64,000 nt of DNA from positions 384,001 through 448,000 of the forward strand of contig CAVTET010000001.1 in the NCBI GenBank assembly GCA_963733675.1. The letters are read 5' to 3'. Both the position numbers and the translations under genes were made by a program. This DNA comes from an uncultured Methanosarcinaceae archaeon (GTDB taxonomy: Archaea; Halobacteriota; Methanosarcinia; Methanosarcinales; Methanosarcinaceae). Shown here piece after piece: positions 45,946 to 56,534 of this stretch (the stretch's first letter is position 1; the number at the start of each line of letters is the position of its first letter). Under the pieces are notes generated by a model. It made no database searches and was not told the origin of the DNA. It saw only the letters and a list, made by a program, of their open reading frames with translations.

Positions 45946-46480
45946 GAAATAAATTCATTTTACATTCAATTTTTCCTTTTTCCTATGTAAAATTGTGTAG
46001 TTGCTCACAATTATACTGAATAGTTACGTGAATTTTTAGGAAGGATAAAAGACGGGAATAATTATGATATATGAATATATAATGGATAAAAAATATTATG
46101 CTGAGAGAATGGTCAAAAAAATAAAATGTTATGGTATTTAATACTTCCTATCCAACTGATCTAAATTTATTTACATTATCTTGAAAATTAAGAAGATATC
46201 CTTTTTAAAGAATTTATTGAATCAATCATGAGATTCATAGAGTTGATCATAGATAAATATACAGAGTTAGATAACTCAAAATCATCTGCTAAAAATATGA
46301 TGAGAATATTTGACAAACAAATAAAAATATAATTTTAATTATAATACTGACTTGACTCTAAAGAGTTATTGAAGAATATATAAACGAAACGAGAAACAGA
46401 CTTAAAAGATGAAAAAAGCAGCAAAAGTAAAAAAAGAATTGGAAGTTTCCTATAAGTAGAAGCGCTTGATTAAGGTACTC

Positions 46481-47455
46481 TTATTTCAGAATACAGGCAG
46501 CATCCTTTGCGAAATAGGTGATTATAATATCGGCCCCTGCCCTTTTAATAGAGATGAGACACTCGTAAATAGCTTTCTTTTCATCAATCCAACCATTAGC
46601 TGCAGCTGCTTTAAGCATGGAATACTCTCCGCTCACGTTGTATGCAGCTGTTGGTATTCCGAATTCGGTCTTTACCCTATAGACAATATCCAGATAAGTA
46701 AGTGCTGGCTTTACCATTATGATATCTGCCCCTTCTGCAACATCAAGGGCTACTTCCCTGATAGCCTCATCGCTGTTTGCTGGATCCATCTGGTTGGTAG
46801 AGCGATCCCCAAAAGAGCAGCATGATTGGGCAGCGTCTCTAAAAGGCCCATAAAAAGCGGAACAGTATTTTGCGGCATAAGACATGATTGGAACATTATT
46901 AAATCCATTTAAATCAAGTGCTCCTCTGATGGCTCCGACCATGCCATCAATCATTCCTGAGGGAGCTACTATATCAGCTCCTGCTCTTGCATGGCTGACT
47001 GCTATTTTTCTGAGGATCTCAAGAGTCTGGTCGTTCATAAGATCTTTAGTTTCAAAATCGATAATACCGCAGTGTCCATGGCTTGTGTACTCACACATAC
47101 AAACATCTGTGATCACCACAAGTTTGTCTTCTAGCTCAGCCTTAATCCTACGGATAGCTTCCTGTACCACATCAGTTTCACCGAAAGACGAACATCCATA
47201 TTCATCCTTAAAAACAGGCACTCCGAAAAGTAACACTGCGGGAATTCCGAGTTCTGAGATTTCTTTTGCTTCTTTTGTGACCTCTGAAAGAGGAAATTTG
47301 TATATTCCTGGCATGGAATCAATCTCAACAGGAGACTTGATAGCCTCATCCACAAAAATGGGTTGAACCAAGTCGTTAACGGATAATATAGTCTCACATA
47401 CAAGGTTCTTGATCTTTCCTTTTCTCAACCGTCTCAATCTGACATCTGGAAACAT
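46481..47455 (-). CDS. hemB: Porphobilinogen synthase (Zn-type)
   Basis: DVCMCEYTSHGHCG, YAAKY.SAFYGPFRDA, MVKP and AYNVSGEY. Confidence 0.97.
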   Translation of the reverse strand: MFPDVRLRRLRKGKIKNLVCETILSVNDLVQPIFVDEAIKSPVEIDSMPGIYKFPLSEVTKEAKEISELGIPAVLLFGVPVFKDEYGCSSFGETDVVQEAIRRIKAELEDKLVVITDVCMCEYTSHGHCGIIDFETKDLMNDQTLEILRKIAVSHARAGADIVAPSGMIDGMVGAIRGALDLNGFNNVPIMSYAAKYCSAFYGPFRDAAQSCCSFGDRSTNQMDPANSDEAIREVALDVAEGADIIMVKPALTYLDIVYRVKTEFGIPTAAYNVSGEYSMLKAAAANGWIDEKKAIYECLISIKRAGADIIITYFAKDAACILK

Positions 47456-47499
47456 GTGAAAACTCCTTTAATCACGAATTATTACTTTGAGAGTGGGGA

Positions 47500-47740
47500 A
47501 GGTCACATATACCCAATTCCTTAGATAAAGGATAATTTGAACCTTCGCTTCGTCTAATTCCCGCTTTAAACCTCTAACTTGTCTATTTTTTATAATGTGG
47601 ATTTTTTGGCACCAACGTTAGATGTGGTGCCCCAGTCTCTGACCGAGATGATACACATTAGAAATTAAACAGCCTTATCCATGCTTATGATTGGATTACC
47701 TATCACATAACGCTGGTGTCTGAGTATCGATACAATATAA
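47500..47740 (+). mobile_element. IS200 left-end relic, truncated where a 90-bp MITE begins
   Basis: Aligns with 40754-40996. Encodes HAYDWITYHITLVSEYRYN, a tnpA N-terminus. Confidence 0.6.
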
Positions 47741-47741
47741 T

Positions 47742-47828
47742 GGATCCCAATAAACCTCTAACTTTCACGAATTATTAATATCCCATTTATAAGCATATGA
47801 CAAAATCAAGGGTATTTATCGAAATTAT
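47742..47828. mobile_element. About 90-bp MITE with IS5-type termini
   Basis: ATAAACCTCTAACTTTCACGAATT...GACAAAATCAAGGGTATTTATCGAAATT. Confidence 0.6.
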
Positions 47829-48073
47829 TTAAATTATTTTGAGAAGGTTAACTAATAGGGGATAAATAACACACTCATATTTGTCAACTGTCTTTTAACC
47901 CCATTACATTTCTCTTTTAAATTTTCAGAATTTTTTTCTTTATAGTCTAGATTTCAATGAATTTAATAAACAAGTTTTTATTCATGTTCATTTACTTCCT
48001 TGAACAGGACTATTATCTATCATAAAGAAATTTTATTCTGGAAAATTAACATATTTATTAAGGAGTAAATACA

Positions 48074-49360
48074 ATGCGCAGGGACTATATTGACACAGAC
48101 TACAACCCAAAGGATACGGATTTGATATGTGAATTTCACATCGAACCATCATCAGAAGTGGATTTTGAGAAAGCTGCCACACACATGGCAGGGGAAAGCT
48201 CTATAGATTCCTGGACTGAAATTGTGACACTGAGTCCCGAGCTTGCAGCGAGACTGAAGCCTCACATCTTCTATCTAGATGAGAAAGCACAGACTATAAG
48301 GGTGGCTTATTCTGAAGAACTTTTTGAACTGGGTTCGATCCCCCAGGTTCTAAGTGCTGTTGCAGGAAATATCCTTAGCATGAAAATCGTTGACAATCTC
48401 AGATTGCAAGATATCTCTTTCCCAAAATCGATGCTCAAAGAGTTCAGAGGTCCGAAATTCGGGTTGCTAGGAATCAGGAAACTTGTGAACGTTCAAGAAA
48501 GGCCTTTAATAGGGTCCATCGTCAAGCCGAAAGTAGGTTTAAACTCTGAAAAACATGCCGAAGTCGCTTATAATTCTTTTGCAGGAGGTTGTGACCTTGT
48601 TAAAGATGATGAGAACCTTACGAACCAGAAATTTAACAGCTTTGAAAAAAGAGCCAAACTCACACTCAAGCTCGCAGAAAAAGCAGAATCAGAGACTGGA
48701 GAACGCAAGATGTACCTCTGCAACATCACTGCTTCGACTTGCAAGGAAATGATTAGTCGCATGAATATTCTTAAAGACCTTGGCGCAAGCTACGCAATGA
48801 TCGATATTGTACCTGTAGGCTGGACTGCCCTTCAGACTCTGAGGGAAGAGTCTGAGGATGCAGGTCTGGTTCTACATGCGCACAGATGTATGCATTCTGC
48901 ATATACTCGTAATCCACGCCACGGGATAAGCATGGTTGTCATTGCCAAACTCTGCAGACTGATTGGGCTTGATCAGATTCATATAGGTACGATTGTAGGA
49001 AAGATGCACGGAGAACAAAATGAGGTTCTTATTCTTCGGGATGCGTGTGCACTTGAGAAAGTACCTGCAGATGAAAGTCAACATGTCCTATTTCAAGACT
49101 GGGGGGGGTTAAAGCCCATGTTCCCAGTTGCATCTGGAGGACTGGCTCCTACAATGATTCCTAACCTGTACTCCATTTTCGGAAAAGAAGTTATAATGCA
49201 GTTCGGTGGTGGAATTCATGCACATCCTATGGGTACGGCTGCCGGGGCCACTGCCTGCAGGCAAGCGCTTGAAGCGAGCATCGATGGAGTCAGTCTGCAA
49301 GAATACGCAAAAAGCCATAAAGAACTTGAAGTAGCCCTTGGAAAATGGTTGAAAAAATAA
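48074..49360 (+). CDS. rbcL: RuBisCO large subunit, archaeal form III
   Basis: IVKPKVGL, GGCDLVKDDE, LHAHRCMH, GKM, PVASGG and QFGGGIHAHP. No small subunit gene. AGGAG RBS. Confidence 0.95.
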   Translation: MRRDYIDTDYNPKDTDLICEFHIEPSSEVDFEKAATHMAGESSIDSWTEIVTLSPELAARLKPHIFYLDEKAQTIRVAYSEELFELGSIPQVLSAVAGNILSMKIVDNLRLQDISFPKSMLKEFRGPKFGLLGIRKLVNVQERPLIGSIVKPKVGLNSEKHAEVAYNSFAGGCDLVKDDENLTNQKFNSFEKRAKLTLKLAEKAESETGERKMYLCNITASTCKEMISRMNILKDLGASYAMIDIVPVGWTALQTLREESEDAGLVLHAHRCMHSAYTRNPRHGISMVVIAKLCRLIGLDQIHIGTIVGKMHGEQNEVLILRDACALEKVPADESQHVLFQDWGGLKPMFPVASGGLAPTMIPNLYSIFGKEVIMQFGGGIHAHPMGTAAGATACRQALEASIDGVSLQEYAKSHKELEVALGKWLKK

Positions 49361-49440
49361 GGTTCATAAGCAGAGAAACGAAATTAGGGGCAAAAAGAAC
49401 GGAAGTCAGCATAATTGAATCACAAGGAGCTTTATTACTA

Positions 49441-50532
49441 GTGCAGACAGAAAACTGGAATAAAATAGAGACCCGAATTTTCCGGGTTTCCGAGGAAAAT
49501 ATAGATATCGTTCTTGAAGAGGCAGCAGCGATTCTCAGGAGCGGAGGAACTGTAGCCTTTCCTACGGAAACTGTCTATGGGCTCGGGGCTGACGGCCTGA
49601 ACCCATACGCAGTCCGAAATATTTTCAAGGCAAAAGAACGCCCCACCGGAAATCCTATTAGCCTACTTGTCCATTCAAGGGAAGATCTCCAAATAATTGC
49701 AAGGAATATCCCGGAAGAAGCCTTCAGACTCATGGATGCTTTCTGGCCAGGCCCACTTACAATTATTCTGGAAAAAAAAGATATTGTCCCAGGAATTACC
49801 TCCGGAGACCTCCCATCAATAGGAATACGCATGCCTAACCACATGATCCCTCTAGAACTCATAAAAAGGGCAGGTAATCCTCTTGCCGCTCCGAGTGCAA
49901 ACCTTTCAGGAAAGCCTAGTTCCAGTCTCGCAGCCCACGTAATAGACGATCTTGCCGGTAGAATAAATGCAATTATTGATGGAGGAGTAGCTGCCATAGG
50001 CCTTGAATCAACTGTGATTGATATGACTGCAAAGACGCCGATTGTGCTCAGGCCCGGAGCTGTGGGGGTTAAAGAGCTTGAAAAAGTCGTCGGAAAAATA
50101 AGTTATGGATACAAAAATGACAATGTTGAGATCGAGGAAGCATCTCTGAAAAAGCAAGCATCTCAGAGATATGGGCACTATATTCCTAATACAAAGGTCA
50201 TTCTCGTTGAAGGGGAAAATAAGTCAGTTTCGAAAAAAATTATTGAATTGCTCGAAAATTGTAGGAATAATGGGCAGAAAATCGGGTTCCTACTAAGCAA
50301 GGAAACTGCAGGAATTTTTGCTTTGAAGGAACTGAATTTGGAAGAATCCTTTTTGCTGGGATCCCGAGAAGAAACAGAAGTTGCTGCCAGAAAATTTTTT
50401 GAAGGGCTCCGGATTCTGGACAGAAAGGGTCTGGATATTATCGTGGTCGATGGCTCCTTCAGTCACTCAGGACTTGGTGATGCTCTCATTAACAGATTGA
50501 GAGAAGCTTCATCTTCAAGCTTTACTGTGTAA
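49441..50532 (+). CDS. sua5: L-threonylcarbamoyladenylate synthase (Sua5-type)
   Basis: VAFPTETVYGLGA, K.RP..NP, FWPGPLT, APSANLSG, GLESTV and C-terminal Sua5 domain. Probable GTG start after GGAG. Confidence 0.9.
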   Translation: MQTENWNKIETRIFRVSEENIDIVLEEAAAILRSGGTVAFPTETVYGLGADGLNPYAVRNIFKAKERPTGNPISLLVHSREDLQIIARNIPEEAFRLMDAFWPGPLTIILEKKDIVPGITSGDLPSIGIRMPNHMIPLELIKRAGNPLAAPSANLSGKPSSSLAAHVIDDLAGRINAIIDGGVAAIGLESTVIDMTAKTPIVLRPGAVGVKELEKVVGKISYGYKNDNVEIEEASLKKQASQRYGHYIPNTKVILVEGENKSVSKKIIELLENCRNNGQKIGFLLSKETAGIFALKELNLEESFLLGSREETEVAARKFFEGLRILDRKGLDIIVVDGSFSHSGLGDALINRLREASSSSFTV

Positions 50533-50851
50533 GTTAAACTATGACAGCAGAATAAAAAGTTTGATATAATAGTTGAGAGAGATATTTTTGAAAGTAGAAA
50601 TAGAAAATATGCAAAAGATATAGGTCTATATAAAAAATTCATGTGCCAAAATGAGAAATTAAACAAAATTTACTTTGTGATGCTAGCTGCAGGTTTGTTT
50701 TTAACAGGCCTTGAAATGGAAGAAATAGAGATAGCTATATTATCCTGAACTGTAATTTTGGTCTTTACTTTAGCTGAAGCATTAGACACCTTAGCCTCCG
50801 GATCCCTTCGAAGGCTGAGATAAGTCAGTTTTTTTTAAAGAGGCTTCTAAA

Positions 50852-53800
50852 ATGGGTGAAACTATTGCAAGTGAGAAGATGCACGAATACTTCGATGGAC
50901 TCGAAGCGAGGCTCAAGGAAGCAATTGAGATTGCAAACAGGGCTCGGGCCCGTGGGGGAGACCCAAAGCCAGTTGTAGAAATTCTCCTCGCGAAGGATCT
51001 TGCAGATAGGGTTGAGAATCTTATAGGAGTTAAAGGAGTTGCAGAAAAGATCCGGCATCTTGAGACAAGGATGTCTAGGGAGGAGGCTGCTCTTGAGATC
51101 GGGCGCCAGGTTGCAGAAGGCGAAGTTGGAATCTTTGCTACTAAAAAGGATGCAGTTGAAGCTGCAATCCGGGTTTCCATGGCTACCCTTACAGAAGGAG
51201 TTGTTGCAGCTCCGATTGAGGGAATTGACAAGGTCCAACTTGGGAAAAACGACGACGGTTCTCAGTATATCAGAATATTTTATTCCGGGCCCATCCGAAG
51301 TGCAGGAGGAACAGCGCAAGCTCTTTCCGTACTTGTTGGTGACTATGTAAGACGCGGAATCGGAATTGGATGCTATAAACCAAGGCCAGAGGAGGTGGAG
51401 CGCTATGTGGAAGAAATACTGCTTTATAAAAGAGTTGCAAGTCTGCAGTATACCCCTTCGGAAGATGAAATCCGTTTGATAGTGCGAAACTGTCCTGTTT
51501 GCATAGATGGGGATCCAACTGAAGAAGCCGAGGTAGAAGGGCACAGAGATCTGGAAAGGATAGGAACAAACCGTGTTAGAGGAGGAATGTGCCTTGTACT
51601 TGCTGAAGGGCTTGCCCTCAAAGCCCCAAAGGTCAAAAAACATGTTAATAAGCTGAATATGGATGGATGGGAATGGCTGGAAAAGCTTATTAAAGGCTCA
51701 AAAGGTGCAGAAGATGAAGAAAATGAGCAGACAAATAAGATCAAGCCGAGGGATAAATACATAAGAGACCTTATTGCAGGAAGGCCTATTTTTTCTCACC
51801 CCTCAAGGCCAGGCGGATTTAGACTTCGCTACGGACGTTCAAGAAATACTTCTTTTGCAGCTGCAGGAATCAATCCTTCAACCATGGTATTACTTGATGA
51901 TTTTATTACTAACGGAACTCAGCTCAAAGTTGAAAGGCCTGGAAAAGCTGCAGCTATTTCTGCCGTAGATTCGATAGAGGGACCAACTGTGCGTCTTTAT
52001 TCAGGAGATCTTGTCCGTGTAGATAACATAGAGGAAGCCTATAGAATCCGTTCGCAGGTAGAAGTAATAGTAGACGTTGGTGAGATCCTTATCAATTACG
52101 GGGATTTTCTGGAAAACAACCATCCACTTATGCCTTCACCATATGTTTTTGAATGGTGGCATTATGACTATGAGGCAACCTGCCCTGAAAAAATCCCTGA
52201 AGAAGAATTGAAAAATCCATCGGCAAATTTGGCTATCAGGCTTGCGAAGGACTTCAATGTCCCTCTACATCCAAAGTTCACCTACCTATGGCATGATATA
52301 AATCTAAGTGAATTTAAAGCTTTGAGGAAATTTGTAGTTGAGAGAGGAAATTTTTTGGCTGAGGACGGAATTCTCAGGTTACCTCTGGAGGCTTGCCTGA
52401 AAGAAGGCATAAAATACATATTTGAAAAACTCTTGGTGCTGCATAGAGTAAAAAATGAAACAATCCTTATTGAAGAATCTCTTCCTTTCATTTCTTGTCT
52501 TGGGCTCGATACAAAATTTAAAGAAAGAGCTCAAATCCCCGATATCGATAATATTGTGGATGCTGCAGCTCTTCTTAGTGGGTTTAAAATTCTACCAAGA
52601 GCTCCCTCGAGAATAGGGGCAAGGATGGGCAGACCGGAGAAATCTAACCTTCGAAAGATGTCTCCTGCAGCTCAGATACTCTTCCCAATAAGTAATGCCG
52701 GAGGGATTACTCGGAACATTGTATCTGCTTCTGAGTATTCTGCTTCCATGAATGGAAAGATCGGGGAAATTGAAGTAGAAATAGGGCTCAGAGAATGTCC
52801 TGCCTGTAGAAAAGAGGCATATTTTTGGCGCTGTGACTGCGGAGAGTATACCCTTCCAAAACTTAGTTGCCCTCGCTGCAAGATGGATGTAAAAGGTGCA
52901 GAGACCTGCCCCAAATGTGGACGAAAATCAAATTCAGTTTCAAATGTTAAACTCGATTTCCGTTCCATTTACAAGCAGGCTTTTGAAAATGTAGGAGAAA
53001 GAGAGAAAAAGGACATCATCAAAGGAGTAAAGCGGCTCATGAACGGGCAGATGACTCCAGAGCCTCTCGAAAAAGGAATCCTACGAGCGAAACACGATGT
53101 TTATATTTTTAAGGACGGGACTGTCCGTTATGATATGTCAGATATTCCACTTACTCATATCCGGGCTGATGAACTCGGGATTACGGCAGCCAAACTTCTT
53201 GAACTCGGTTATACGGAGGATATTTATGGAAAAACACTCGAGACGGATAACCAAGTTGTGTGTCTGAAGGTCCAGGACCTTGTGATTTCTTACGATGGGG
53301 GTGAGTATATGCTGCGTACTGCAAAATACGTGGACGATCTTCTTGTAAAATATTACCATGTTGAGCCATATTACAATGCTGAGACAATCCAAGATCTGTT
53401 AGGAGTATTACTGATAGGACTTGCTCCACATACATCTGCAGGAGTACTCGGGCGGTTGATAGGGTTCACTAAAGCTTCAGTCGGTTATGCTCATCCTTTT
53501 TTCCATGCTTCAAAACGCCGAAATTGTGATGGAGACGAAGACTGTATAATGCTCCTTATGGATGGAATCCTTAATTTCTCGAGATTTTATCTCCCGGATA
53601 AAAGGGGGGGAAAAATGGATGCTCCTCTGGTCCTTACTACCCGTATCGACCCTAAAGAAGTAGATAAGGAAGCACATAACATAGACGTGCTTGCAAGATA
53701 TCCCCTTGCATTCTACAAGGCTACTCAGGAGATCAAGAACCCTACTGAAATTGAAGGCATTATGGACCTGGTTAGTTGCAGGCTTGGAACGTTTAAGCAG

Positions 53801-54292
53801 TATGAACACTTCATGTTCACACACGATACTACGGATATTGCTGCAGGCCCACTTAATTCTTCATATAAGACAATGGGGAGCATGATCGAGAAAATGGAAG
53901 CTCAACTTTCTCTGGCCAATAAGATCAGAGCTGTGGATGCTCAAGATGTGGCTGAGAGAGTTCTCAAGTCTCACTTCCTTCCAGACCTTATCGGAAACCT
54001 TCGCTCCTTCTCCAGGCAACGGATGCGCTGTATTAAGTGTGGAGAAAAGTTTAGACGCCCACCTCTTATCGGCATCTGCCCACAATGCGGAGGCAATGTA
54101 GTGCTAACAGTGTATGAAGGATCTGTTAGAAAATATCTTGAGATTTCAAAAGAGATTGGAGAAAGGTACGGGGTTTCCAGCTATACCCGACAGAGGATCG
54201 AACTTTTGGATAAAGATATATCTTCTCTATTTGAAAACCACAGGGTCAAACAGCTTGGACTTTCTGATTTCATGTCTGGATCTCCTCGGTGA
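50852..54292 (+). CDS. polC: DNA polymerase D large subunit (DP2), no intein
   Basis: [30 protein letters not shown] catalytic motif and Cys zinc fingers. Confidence 0.97.
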   Translation: MGETIASEKMHEYFDGLEARLKEAIEIANRARARGGDPKPVVEILLAKDLADRVENLIGVKGVAEKIRHLETRMSREEAALEIGRQVAEGEVGIFATKKDAVEAAIRVSMATLTEGVVAAPIEGIDKVQLGKNDDGSQYIRIFYSGPIRSAGGTAQALSVLVGDYVRRGIGIGCYKPRPEEVERYVEEILLYKRVASLQYTPSEDEIRLIVRNCPVCIDGDPTEEAEVEGHRDLERIGTNRVRGGMCLVLAEGLALKAPKVKKHVNKLNMDGWEWLEKLIKGSKGAEDEENEQTNKIKPRDKYIRDLIAGRPIFSHPSRPGGFRLRYGRSRNTSFAAAGINPSTMVLLDDFITNGTQLKVERPGKAAAISAVDSIEGPTVRLYSGDLVRVDNIEEAYRIRSQVEVIVDVGEILINYGDFLENNHPLMPSPYVFEWWHYDYEATCPEKIPEEELKNPSANLAIRLAKDFNVPLHPKFTYLWHDINLSEFKALRKFVVERGNFLAEDGILRLPLEACLKEGIKYIFEKLLVLHRVKNETILIEESLPFISCLGLDTKFKERAQIPDIDNIVDAAALLSGFKILPRAPSRIGARMGRPEKSNLRKMSPAAQILFPISNAGGITRNIVSASEYSASMNGKIGEIEVEIGLRECPACRKEAYFWRCDCGEYTLPKLSCPRCKMDVKGAETCPKCGRKSNSVSNVKLDFRSIYKQAFENVGEREKKDIIKGVKRLMNGQMTPEPLEKGILRAKHDVYIFKDGTVRYDMSDIPLTHIRADELGITAAKLLELGYTEDIYGKTLETDNQVVCLKVQDLVISYDGGEYMLRTAKYVDDLLVKYYHVEPYYNAETIQDLLGVLLIGLAPHTSAGVLGRLIGFTKASVGYAHPFFHASKRRNCDGDEDCIMLLMDGILNFSRFYLPDKRGGKMDAPLVLTTRIDPKEVDKEAHNIDVLARYPLAFYKATQEIKNPTEIEGIMDLVSCRLGTFKQYEHFMFTHDTTDIAAGPLNSSYKTMGSMIEKMEAQLSLANKIRAVDAQDVAERVLKSHFLPDLIGNLRSFSRQRMRCIKCGEKFRRPPLIGICPQCGGNVVLTVYEGSVRKYLEISKEIGERYGVSSYTRQRIELLDKDISSLFENHRVKQLGLSDFMSGSPR

Positions 54293-54359
54293 GGAAAAAA
54301 TGAAGTAAAATACTAAGGATATAATAAAGGTTATACTTAAAAGCTAAAAAATTAAATGA

Positions 54360-54752
54360 CTAATAGAGACAGAGGATACTTGGGAGCAAAATAAAAAGAT
54401 TATGATGAAACAATGAAGAGAGCAGTAAAAGAACGTCCTCTAGTAATGAGTGCTATATTAAGAAAAAAAAGATCAGCTTAAAAAGAGCTCAAGTAGAATG
54501 AGTTTATACACTAAAAAAGATATCACAGCAGAAAAAGTTCTTGTACGACTGTTTGAAAAGTAAATCTGAAGATACTGTATACAGCTTTTTACTAATTACA
54601 TTGAGAATTAAAGGAGTATTGTAAGAATGTTAGAAGCTACCTTTAAAATCAAAGAACAATGAACCCGAAAAAGAAGGTCAAATACAAAAATTAGCGAGAA
54701 AGATTTGGACAGTATTCCCGCAAAAAAAAAGTAGAAGTAAATCGAAATCCTC
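54360..54752 (+). pseudogene. IS5-family 3' relic including the right end
   Basis: RDRGYLGAK*KDYDETMKRAVK and TLRIKGVL* match the 43.2 kb copy. Ends ATCGAAATCCTC. Confidence 0.7.
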
Positions 54753-54879
54753 TATATTTTTTAGATATAGCTATAATTAGTCTCTGTTTGATGATCTTCA
54801 CCTCAAACTTGATACATTATCCAACAAAGTAGCCACCATTTTGGATCTGAATTCAAAATTTTTCGGTAATGAACCTTTT

Positions 54880-56115
54880 TCATCTCACAGGCAGCCCAAG
54901 TGAGTTGATCTGGCCTATCAACTCTGTGAAATTTTCGATTTCCAGTTCTAGAACTTCCTCTTTGGTCATGCCTATTGACATTTCTCCATCTACGGAAAGA
55001 CATTCCGGACCTCTCCGAACAAGTCTATCAACACCTTCTCTGTTAAAAATTTCTTTAATTTCCATATCATGTACAAAGGCTCTGCCTGGAATAAAGACGG
55101 TTTCACTCACTTCCGATAGATCTAACGTTTTAAAATCTTCAATCGTAACCAGGCACCCGATGTCCTTATTTAAGGGAACGACATTTACAGTACCTCCAAT
55201 GGCATCAAAAATTTCCCTTAACCTTGGTGCTGCTATCTGGCTTGTAATAATAGTAGCTTTTTTTGTGACCTTAGGAAGTCTCCCAAGGGCTTCAGGAACG
55301 TTTCGGATGGCAAAAGGGGAACCAATTAAAGGGTCTTCGAGTGGAGTTCCTGTGATTCTGATGAAAGGGTATTTTGCTGCAAAACTGCGTACAAGCTCTG
55401 TGAACTCTTGAACTGTATGTGGATTTATTCCCGGGATTATAGGGGCATTGTTCAGGATTAACCCATTTTCTGGGAAGTTTGCAAATCTCATAAGGATTGC
55501 TCCTTTTGCACCCATGTTTTCAAGGTCACATAGGGTTTTATCGAGGATTTCTCTATCATTTACTCCCGGAATGAGTACTATTGCTCCATATACATCACAG
55601 TGAGTGCAGAAGTCTCGGAGAACCTGTAGTGAGGCATCTGGCTCCGGGTCTTTCATATATTCAGCTCTTAAAGCCGAATCAGTTGCAAAGACTGTAAAAC
55701 TCACTTCTGTGATTCCATGGTCAATGTAGAAAAGAGCATCACTAGGCTTGCTGAAACCTTTCCCACTTGTATATCCCATATGTATCGCAGCTTTGAATTG
55801 AGACAAGAACGAAACAAGGTTTTTCAGTTCAGGATAGCAGCTTAAATCTCCTCCTCCGCTGATCGTGAATTTTTTAATCTCTCCACTTGTGAAATAGAGT
55901 TTTCTTGACGTTTCTTCCAGTACTATCTGAAGAGGCTTGAAGCCTGAGTATGACTCCTTCACACCCCGAATGCAATAATCGCACCCTTTTTTGAAAGGAA
56001 GACAGTGCTTGCAGCCCAAAGGCTGAATTTCTTTTACTTTTTTAAAATAACAATATTTGCAAAAACCTCTGCAGTCTACACCGGGATTTCCACCCACGTC
56101 GACAACTACTTCCAT
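54880..56115 (-). CDS. mmp10: Methanogenesis marker protein 10, radical SAM MCR-arginine methyltransferase
   Basis: [19 protein letters not shown] and second Cys cluster GCKHC...GCDYC. Divergent from mcrB. Start at MEVVVD. Confidence 0.92.
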   Translation of the reverse strand: MEVVVDVGGNPGVDCRGFCKYCYFKKVKEIQPLGCKHCLPFKKGCDYCIRGVKESYSGFKPLQIVLEETSRKLYFTSGEIKKFTISGGGDLSCYPELKNLVSFLSQFKAAIHMGYTSGKGFSKPSDALFYIDHGITEVSFTVFATDSALRAEYMKDPEPDASLQVLRDFCTHCDVYGAIVLIPGVNDREILDKTLCDLENMGAKGAILMRFANFPENGLILNNAPIIPGINPHTVQEFTELVRSFAAKYPFIRITGTPLEDPLIGSPFAIRNVPEALGRLPKVTKKATIITSQIAAPRLREIFDAIGGTVNVVPLNKDIGCLVTIEDFKTLDLSEVSETVFIPGRAFVHDMEIKEIFNREGVDRLVRRGPECLSVDGEMSIGMTKEEVLELEIENFTELIGQINSLGLPVR

Positions 56116-56382
56116 ATTAAACTTTCGTATTATAGGAATATTACTAAAGCCTTTTGGTGTGATCCACAGGCTGAGGACGCGACATACGCAAAAGTTGGCG
56201 CTAAACTCTTGTTTTATTAACAATGAATATTAGTAACCGTTTTTATATTTTCGACGGGTTTGATCAGCATTTGTAAACTTATTGGTTGAAAAATATCAAT
56301 TTCTGTTACACATATTTATCAGACTAATTTTTATCTTAGTATCCAAATTTTTTAAAACGATATCCATTAATTGACAAGCAAC

Positions 56383-56398
56383 ACAAAAGATTTAAGTA
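56383..56398 (+). promoter_or_regulatory. mcr operon promoter (BRE plus TATA)
   Basis: Purine-rich ACAAAAGA followed by TTTAAGTA about 140 bp upstream of mcrB. GGAGG RBS at 56521. Confidence 0.7.
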
Positions 56399-56534
56399 CA
56401 TTCCAAACGAATGAATTCCCATTGGGAAAGTGACACTCAAAAGCGATTAGGCGCTTGATTTATTGAGTGCAAGGACTACCTTAGTAGGTAATCAATCCCA
56501 TAAATAATTTTAACAAATAAGGAGGAAATTATAA

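Noticed and set aside
40752-47740. GC-richer repeated ~240-bp segment with a GGCACCA/TGGTGCC hairpin (40752-40996 and 47500-47740), first considered a novel ncRNA family
   Set aside because: Its 3' part translates to the IS200 TnpA N-terminus and it aligns with the IS200 relic at 29445. It is a transposon left end.
50852-54292. Intein in PolD DP2
   Set aside because: The [10 protein letters not shown] motif is uninterrupted and the length (1146 aa) fits an intein-free protein.
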